From a candidate division WOR-3 bacterium (GTDB taxonomy: Bacteria > Hydrothermota > 32-111): a DNA stretch of 64,000 bases. The stretch is from NCBI GenBank assembly GCA_037481815.1, contig JBBFKX010000002.1, forward strand, positions 96,001 to 160,000, written 5' to 3'. Below are positions 58,406 to 64,000 of the stretch, piece after piece; position 1 is the stretch's first letter, and each line of letters opens with the position of its first letter. A program made the position numbers and the translations under genes. The notes below the pieces were generated by a model. The model made no database searches. It saw only the letters and a program-made list of their open reading frames with translations, and was not told the origin of the DNA.

Positions 58406-59611
58406 CTAACTTTTGAATATGAATCTTAACATTTCAAGAATCTTATCAAGAAAAACTATATGCCCGCCGGTTAACCATGAAATTAAGAGAATGAAGAAAT
58501 AAAGAGTGATCAAAATTATTATAAATCCTTTGAAATAATCCTGAGCTTTCAAAGTTCCAAGAAGTAGTGGCTCTCTCGAAAGGTAAGCACTTGCAGCGTA
58601 AAGTTCTTCTCCGATTATCGTGTAATCACAAGAGGTGATAAAGAAAGGAAGTTGAGTCACAGCATCAGTACCTGCGATCTGAATAGCACCAGTTGTGTTT
58701 CCTGCTTCAGCCATGATAAGTGATTCAGCCCAGAACATTCCAAGTAAAAGGTTTGTTGCTGGCCTTTCTCTTGTCATGATACCTGAAACAGCAGCAGCAT
58801 AACCAAACTGTGAGTCGGTTAAGAAGAAAATATCGTTATCGTTGTAAACATCAGGTCTTCCCGCCTCTGAATAAGATTCCTTCACTACCTCTTTTGCAAC
58901 AGTCATAACTATTGGGTCCCTGTTTGGAACGATCAGTTTTGTTTCATACTCTGCTATCTTTTTCGCAACAGGACCAAGGATATTCAAAGAAGCGATTGTG
59001 GCAATATCTGACATCGTTGAAGATCCGGGGACATACAAAACAGGTCTTCCCATTTCGGTTGCTCGTCCAACCGCCTCATCGAGTGTATCAAGTCCGGAGA
59101 TTTTTCTAACAAAAAGATCTTTTCCCTTTCTTACACTCTCAACGAGAAAAACGATTATCGCAGTGTAAACTATTATCATCAAAAGCAATATGGTCTTTTC
59201 AGTTCTGAACAGGTTCGGTTTTGGAGATACAGAACCTGTGATCAAACATTTTTCAGATTCGTTACCCAAACTATCGGTTACTGAGATATAGTAGTCATAT
59301 TTTTTCTGATAAGATAACCCTTCATCCACTATCTTTACAGGAAATGAGTTGAAAGTTTTTACAACTTTTAAAGTTGTATCGTTTTCCTCTTTTCTGTAAA
59401 GTTTGAAAAGATAATTTTCACCCTCAAGAATTTTTTGACAGGAAATTTCAAGTTTTGTTCCATCATCGTCTCTCACATCCTTTATGGTGAACTCTTTTAA
59501 AATTGCTGGATCAAGTTTTAAACCATTTTCATCTTTAACTGTTTCATTCTGAGGGAAAGATAAAACAAACGATAGAAGGATTAAGATGAAAAAGAAGATT
59601 TTGTTTTTCAT
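58406..59611 (-). CDS. DUF6754-like protein with N-terminal FN3-like extracytoplasmic domain (subunit D, copy 1)
   Basis: Signal peptide; YDYYISVTDSLGNES (FN3-like); RKISGLDTLDEAVGRATEMGRP. Confidence 0.8.
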   Translation of the reverse strand: MKNKIFFFILILLSFVLSFPQNETVKDENGLKLDPAILKEFTIKDVRDDDGTKLEISCQKILEGENYLFKLYRKEENDTTLKVVKTFNSFPVKIVDEGLSYQKKYDYYISVTDSLGNESEKCLITGSVSPKPNLFRTEKTILLLMIIVYTAIIVFLVESVRKGKDLFVRKISGLDTLDEAVGRATEMGRPVLYVPGSSTMSDIATIASLNILGPVAKKIAEYETKLIVPNRDPIVMTVAKEVVKESYSEAGRPDVYNDNDIFFLTDSQFGYAAAVSGIMTRERPATNLLLGMFWAESLIMAEAGNTTGAIQIAGTDAVTQLPFFITSCDYTIIGEELYAASAYLSREPLLLGTLKAQDYFKGFIIILITLYFFILLISWLTGGHIVFLDKILEMLRFIFKS

Positions 59612-59621
59612 TTGACTCCTT

Positions 59622-60743
59622 TTATTCCTCGATTAATTCTACATTCGCTCTTGGAAGTATTATCCTTTTACCATCTTCAAATTCAAACTCAAGAACTCTG
59701 ACATGTGCTTCTGTTTCTATTTTTTGCAACTGTGAAGGAAGTCCAACAACTCTTCCAATCGCACCAAAATATGGTTGTCTTATGATTCTGACTATAGAGT
59801 TTATGTCCATTCCCATCTCAGCATGTTTTGATTCTTCAACAACAGTATCTATATCATATGTTACGATAACTTCCGGTCTCATAACACCAGCTCTTATCTG
59901 TGTTGCCCCATTTATAGATGCTCTTTTTCCATCATTTTTTGAAAGTATTTCAAAAGTTTTCTTTGCCATCGTCATCTTACCAAAACCTTCCGTAACGATA
60001 ACAGTGATTCCCTTTTCCTCCTGACCGGTTATCGCAACACCTATCTCTTCACCAAGGAAATCTTTAAGATCCTTATCATCTATACCACCAACAACTATTC
60101 CCAGAACACCTTTCTTTACACACTCGTTCAAAACTTCACTCGTCACAAGAGAACCACCGATAACAATCTTTCCTTTCAGTTCATCTGTGATATCATTCTT
60201 TGTCAGAATATAGTCAGGTGATTTTGCAACGAGTTTCAACTCTCCCTTAACCTCTCCACCGATTCCAAATATTCCCTGAATGAATGTTGCTGGTGTTTGA
60301 ACAACTATTCCTTCATTTTCGATAACTTCAACAACTTTTCCGTTAACATAAGCATCGATTTCAACTTTTTTTGGTGGTTTTCTCAACGTCAACATTCCCG
60401 TTATATCAGAATAGTTTTCAACTATTCCCTCTATCGGAGAAGGAATCGAAGTTTTGAAAAGTCCAAAGAATCCTTTTGATTCTGCTATTATCTGATCCTT
60501 TTTTATCTTTTCACCTATCGATACCTTTAAAAACGAAGAAGCTTCTTTTGGTGGTACTCCAAGTTTTCCAGCAAGATTCAATCTTTCAACATCTCCAGGA
60601 AGTTCTGTTCTTGCAACTATATCGTCCGCCTTTACTATGTCTCCAACTTTTACAAGAACCTCACCTTTTAAAGGTAATCTTCTCTCCTTCTTTACTATCG
60701 CTTTTTCAGTAACTTTTAAACCAGGTGTATATGAATGTGCCAT
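59622..60743 (-). CDS. Conserved hypothetical protein with barrel-sandwich-hybrid-like repeats and C-terminal KOW-like motif
   Basis: VLVKVGDIVKADDIVA; VSIGEKIKKDQIIA...SPIEGIV; VRIIRQPYFGAIGRV. Confidence 0.7.
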   Translation of the reverse strand: MAHSYTPGLKVTEKAIVKKERRLPLKGEVLVKVGDIVKADDIVARTELPGDVERLNLAGKLGVPPKEASSFLKVSIGEKIKKDQIIAESKGFFGLFKTSIPSPIEGIVENYSDITGMLTLRKPPKKVEIDAYVNGKVVEVIENEGIVVQTPATFIQGIFGIGGEVKGELKLVAKSPDYILTKNDITDELKGKIVIGGSLVTSEVLNECVKKGVLGIVVGGIDDKDLKDFLGEEIGVAITGQEEKGITVIVTEGFGKMTMAKKTFEILSKNDGKRASINGATQIRAGVMRPEVIVTYDIDTVVEESKHAEMGMDINSIVRIIRQPYFGAIGRVVGLPSQLQKIETEAHVRVLEFEFEDGKRIILPRANVELIEE

Positions 60744-60754
60744 AATTCCTCCAT

Positions 60755-62548
60755 TTATTTCTCAGGATAGACATTTAACGCTTTAATCCATTTTTTCAAC
60801 TTCTCTACCCTTTCATTATCGTTTTCAGGCAGATTGAAAGGTCTTCTTCCTCTTGCATCTACAATAACTCCAACAACTCCACCTTCAAGTTCCGCTTCAA
60901 TCTCTTTACCTTTACCGTTTCCAAGATCGAGCCCTTTTGATGGAGTGATAATCGCTTTTACCTTTTTGTTGAGTTCAAGAGGAATAACTCCCATATCACC
61001 AAAATTGAAACTATACTCTTTTCCGTCAAATTTTATCTTTACAGCTTCCTGCCCCTCTTTTATGTTTCCAATCGGTGCAACACATGAACCCAATCTTATC
61101 AAGCAGTCCTTTTCAAAAACTTCAGTTGCTGCCTGTTCATGTACTGTTGACAGAACACCAAGTTGTGGCATCATGAATATAGAATCAACCGTTAACATCG
61201 TTATCCCTTCAGGTAAAAATGCATCTATCATCATCAAAGCCGACTGCACTCTTCTTGGAGCATGAGAAAGAACACCACCTGAACCTACTATAAGATTCAA
61301 TGTTAACATGTTCACGAGTGTCTCTCCTGTACTCGTCTGTTCAAAAGCATCTGAAATTGTTCTTTCCTTCTGGACTCCTTTTAACCCAACAGCCATCGTC
61401 TTGTGCTGTTCTAATGCCAATCTCAACGCTTCTCTTGATATCGCCTGCTCTATCTGTAATTCATCAAGAGTTGATGGAATCGTTGTTGGTCTTATCATCT
61501 TATTTCTTATCCTGTTCCTTAAATCCTTTTCATCCATGTGAAATGGAACCCATCTCATTATATTTTTTAAACCTGCTTCTTTCACAACATTTGAAATTGA
61601 GTAACTCATACCAAGGTTAGCAGAAACGGTTCTGTTGAAGGTATTCTGAAAGTATGAGAATACATCAGTGGTTGCTCCTCCGATATCAACGCCAAGCACT
61701 TCTATCTTATCCCTTTTACCAATAGTTTCAATAAGAAGTCCAACAGCACCTGGTGTTGGCATAATCGGAACGTCGGTCATATCCATAAGTTTTTTGTATC
61801 CTGGTGCCTGAGCCATAACATGTTCCATAAAAAGATCATGAATCTTATCCCTTGCTGGCTTCAAATTTTCCTTTTCAAGTGTTGGTCTCAGATTTTCAAC
61901 TATGTAAAGTGCGGTTTTCTTTTCGAGTCGTTCTTTTATTTCTTCAACAGCTTTGTTGTTTCCAGCATAGATAACGGGAAGTTTGTATCCGGCGCCAAAT
62001 CGTGGTTTCGGATCAGCTGCCTGTATTATTTCAGCGAGTTGAACGACATGTGTTATCGTTCCTCCATCTGTTCCACCTGAAAGAAGAATCATGTCAGGCC
62101 TTAAAGTTCTGATCCTTTTTATTCTCTCATGATCCATCCTTTTATCGTTTGTAGCTATAACATCCATCACTATCGATCCAGCACCCAGTGCAGCTCTTGC
62201 CGCTGATTCTGCTGACATTTTATCTACAACACCAGCAACCATCATCTGTAAACCACCACCCGCTGAAGATGTTGATATATAAATATCGACACCATCACCT
62301 TCTGCTTTATCTCTTTTTATTATTTTGTCTCCATCAAGGATTTTTATCTCAGCAAGTTCTTCGACCTCTTTTATAGCGTTGAGTACACCTTTTGTAACAT
62401 CCTCATATGGTGCCTCAACAGTTGTTGGTGCCTCACCTCTAACTATTAAACGATACTCGTTATCTCTTTTCTCTATTAAAATAGCTTTCGTTGTGGTGGA
62501 TCCACAATCGGTTGCAAGTATTCGTATGATTTGATCCTTCTCTTTCAT
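60755..62548 (-). CDS. GlmL/MutL (glutamate mutase accessory)-like ASKHA ATPase
   Basis: DCGSTTTKA, SSAGGGL, LSGGTDGG, MPTPGAV, VDIGGATTDV, GSGGVL. Confidence 0.85.
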   Translation of the reverse strand: MKEKDQIIRILATDCGSTTTKAILIEKRDNEYRLIVRGEAPTTVEAPYEDVTKGVLNAIKEVEELAEIKILDGDKIIKRDKAEGDGVDIYISTSSAGGGLQMMVAGVVDKMSAESAARAALGAGSIVMDVIATNDKRMDHERIKRIRTLRPDMILLSGGTDGGTITHVVQLAEIIQAADPKPRFGAGYKLPVIYAGNNKAVEEIKERLEKKTALYIVENLRPTLEKENLKPARDKIHDLFMEHVMAQAPGYKKLMDMTDVPIMPTPGAVGLLIETIGKRDKIEVLGVDIGGATTDVFSYFQNTFNRTVSANLGMSYSISNVVKEAGLKNIMRWVPFHMDEKDLRNRIRNKMIRPTTIPSTLDELQIEQAISREALRLALEQHKTMAVGLKGVQKERTISDAFEQTSTGETLVNMLTLNLIVGSGGVLSHAPRRVQSALMMIDAFLPEGITMLTVDSIFMMPQLGVLSTVHEQAATEVFEKDCLIRLGSCVAPIGNIKEGQEAVKIKFDGKEYSFNFGDMGVIPLELNKKVKAIITPSKGLDLGNGKGKEIEAELEGGVVGVIVDARGRRPFNLPENDNERVEKLKKWIKALNVYPEK

Positions 62549-62877
62549 TTATCCTCCTTAATATCCTTCTTGTTTCTCTTATGAGTATTTTCAACTTCTT
62601 CTATATATTTTATAAGTTTTTCAACAGAATCTCTTTCTTCAAAGATTAAAGATGCTTCGCGGTATTCCGATATGTTGAAAAATGTCAAAATTATCGGTTC
62701 GAGAAAAATCATTATTTGAGCACTGATAAAATTCATCGGTTTTATCGATTCAAGAAACATTATCGCCGGAGCAGTCAGTCCTCTTTTGACTATACTTTCG
62801 GCAATCTTTTTTAAAATCTCCTCTTTTCTTTCAAGAGGTATCTCTTTCGGACTTACGGGTTGAAAACTCTTATCCAT
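62545..62877 (-). CDS. Conserved hypothetical protein
   Basis: 110 aa, coupled to gcvPB and the GlmL-like gene; IVKRGLTAPAIMFLESIKP. Confidence 0.75.
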   Translation of the reverse strand: MDKSFQPVSPKEIPLERKEEILKKIAESIVKRGLTAPAIMFLESIKPMNFISAQIMIFLEPIILTFFNISEYREASLIFEERDSVEKLIKYIEEVENTHKRNKKDIKEDK

Positions 62878-64000
62878 TATTTTCCCTGTACCAGTTCACA
62901 TAAAGATTTTTTAAAGCGTATATATCATCAGGCCTCGAAACCGGAGTGTTTGAAGGAGCGTTTTTAACTTTTTCAGGTTCGTTTTTCGATTCCTCATCTA
63001 TACTTTTCATAGCATCTATAAAGCCATCGAGTGTTTCTTTTGATTCGGTTTCAGTTGGCTCTATCATGATCGCCTCAGAAACTATAAGGGGGAAATAAAC
63101 TGTTGGTGCATGGAATCCATAATCGAGTAAACATTTGGCTATATCAAGTGTTGTTACATTGTAATCCTTTTTATGTTTTCTTCCACTGAAAACAACCTCA
63201 TGCATCGTTTCTGTTTTATATGGTAGATCGTAAATATCAAGAAGTTTCCTTTTGATATAATTTGCATTCACTATGGCCATCTCGGTTGCTTCTTTTAATC
63301 CATCACTTCCCATTATTTTAAGATACGCCCATGCTCTCACCATTATGTTCACATTACCATAAAACGAATGCAATGAACCTATCGAGTTTTTAGGATAATC
63401 AAGAAAATATTTTCCATTTTCAAATTTCACAATGTAGGGTGGTAAAAATTCTTTCAAACTCTCAACTACCGCAACACCACCTGCACCAGGTCCACCGCCA
63501 CCATGTGGTGTTGAAAAGGTCTTGTGTAGATTTAGATGCAGAATATCAAAACCTATTTTCCCTGGTTTTACTATTCCCATTAGAGCGTTCATGTTTGCAC
63601 CATCCATATATATAAGTCCACCTTTTCCATGAACTATTTCAGAAATCTTTTCGATTTTACTTTCAAAAATCCCCAAGGTGTTGGGATTGGTTATCATTAT
63701 CCCTGCGGTATCCTCATCCATATTTTTTTCAAGATCTTCAAGATCTATTTCACCTGAACTGTCCGACTTTATCTGTACAGATCTAAACCCTGACAGAGTT
63801 GCCGAAGCAGGATTTGTTCCATGCGCTGAATCAGGAATTAAAATCTTTGATCTTTTTTCACCTTTACTTTTAAAGTAATCGCTTATGATCATCATCCCGG
63901 CGAACTCACCATGAGCACCTGCAACTGGTTGTAGAGAAATCCCATCAAAACCTGTAACCTTCAAAAGCATATCCTGCAATTCATACATTATTTCAAGTAT
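62870..64000 (-). CDS. gcvPB: Glycine dehydrogenase (decarboxylating) subunit 2, 5' end outside window
   Basis: LQP.AGAHGE, SAHGTNPASA, HLNLHKTFSTPHGGGGPG, GFHAPT, MIEPTETE. Confidence 0.97.
   Translation of the reverse strand: MLEIMYELQDMLLKVTGFDGISLQPVAGAHGEFAGMMIISDYFKSKGEKRSKILIPDSAHGTNPASATLSGFRSVQIKSDSSGEIDLEDLEKNMDEDTAGIMITNPNTLGIFESKIEKISEIVHGKGGLIYMDGANMNALMGIVKPGKIGFDILHLNLHKTFSTPHGGGGPGAGGVAVVESLKEFLPPYIVKFENGKYFLDYPKNSIGSLHSFYGNVNIMVRAWAYLKIMGSDGLKEATEMAIVNANYIKRKLLDIYDLPYKTETMHEVVFSGRKHKKDYNVTTLDIAKCLLDYGFHAPTVYFPLIVSEAIMIEPTETESKETLDGFIDAMKSIDEESKNEPEKVKNAPSNTPVSRPDDIYALKNLYVNWYRENNG

Noticed and set aside
52841..59611. Mis-assembly or mobile-element repeat as the cause of the duplicated module
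   Set aside because: Copies are diverged at the DNA level and no terminal repeats or transposase are present
60755..62548. DNA mismatch repair MutL
   Set aside because: Name coincidence only: the motifs are ASKHA-type (GlmL), not GHKL
70..63878. Numerous plus-strand ORFs of 60-160 aa in the ORF track
   Set aside because: They are antisense shadows of well-supported minus-strand genes, with no recognisable motifs
1..64000. CRISPR arrays, IS elements, prophage, rRNA, riboswitches
   Set aside because: No spaced direct repeats, transposase/integrase/phage motifs or long structured intergenic regions were seen; intergenic gaps are mostly very short

Overview
AT-rich bacterial core-genome segment from a diderm (BamD, Lnt, TonB/ExbBD, OmpA-domain protein). 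An FCB-related candidate lineage such as WOR-3/TA06 is plausible but is inference only. Almost all genes lie on the minus strand in long, tightly coupled operons. Housekeeping content includes argF (partial), def, aspS, hisS, hslUV, polA, nadD, gltX, lnt, purN, rpsF-ssb-rpsR-rplI, pth, rplY, prs, spoVG, ispE, alaS, rpsT, gcvPB (partial) and three tRNAs. No rRNA, CRISPR array, integrase or transposase was seen. Four items stand out. (1) Between gcvPB and a lipoate ligase lie an orphan GlmL/MutL-type ASKHA ATPase, a barrel-sandwich/KOW protein and a tandemly duplicated four-gene membrane module (D-C-B-A x2) of unknown function. (2) A ferredoxin (missing from the ORF track), a geranylgeranyl reductase, a GGGP synthase and ispE form a cluster suggesting archaeal-type isoprenoid ether lipid chemistry. 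(3) A DUF4388/roadblock-like trio shares an unnamed C-terminal domain and is followed by two paralogous small membrane proteins. (4) pth is frameshifted at a T9 tract. Several near-consensus sigma70 promoters are readable, three of them positioned for leaderless mRNAs. Family names come from motif recognition by eye, not database searches.
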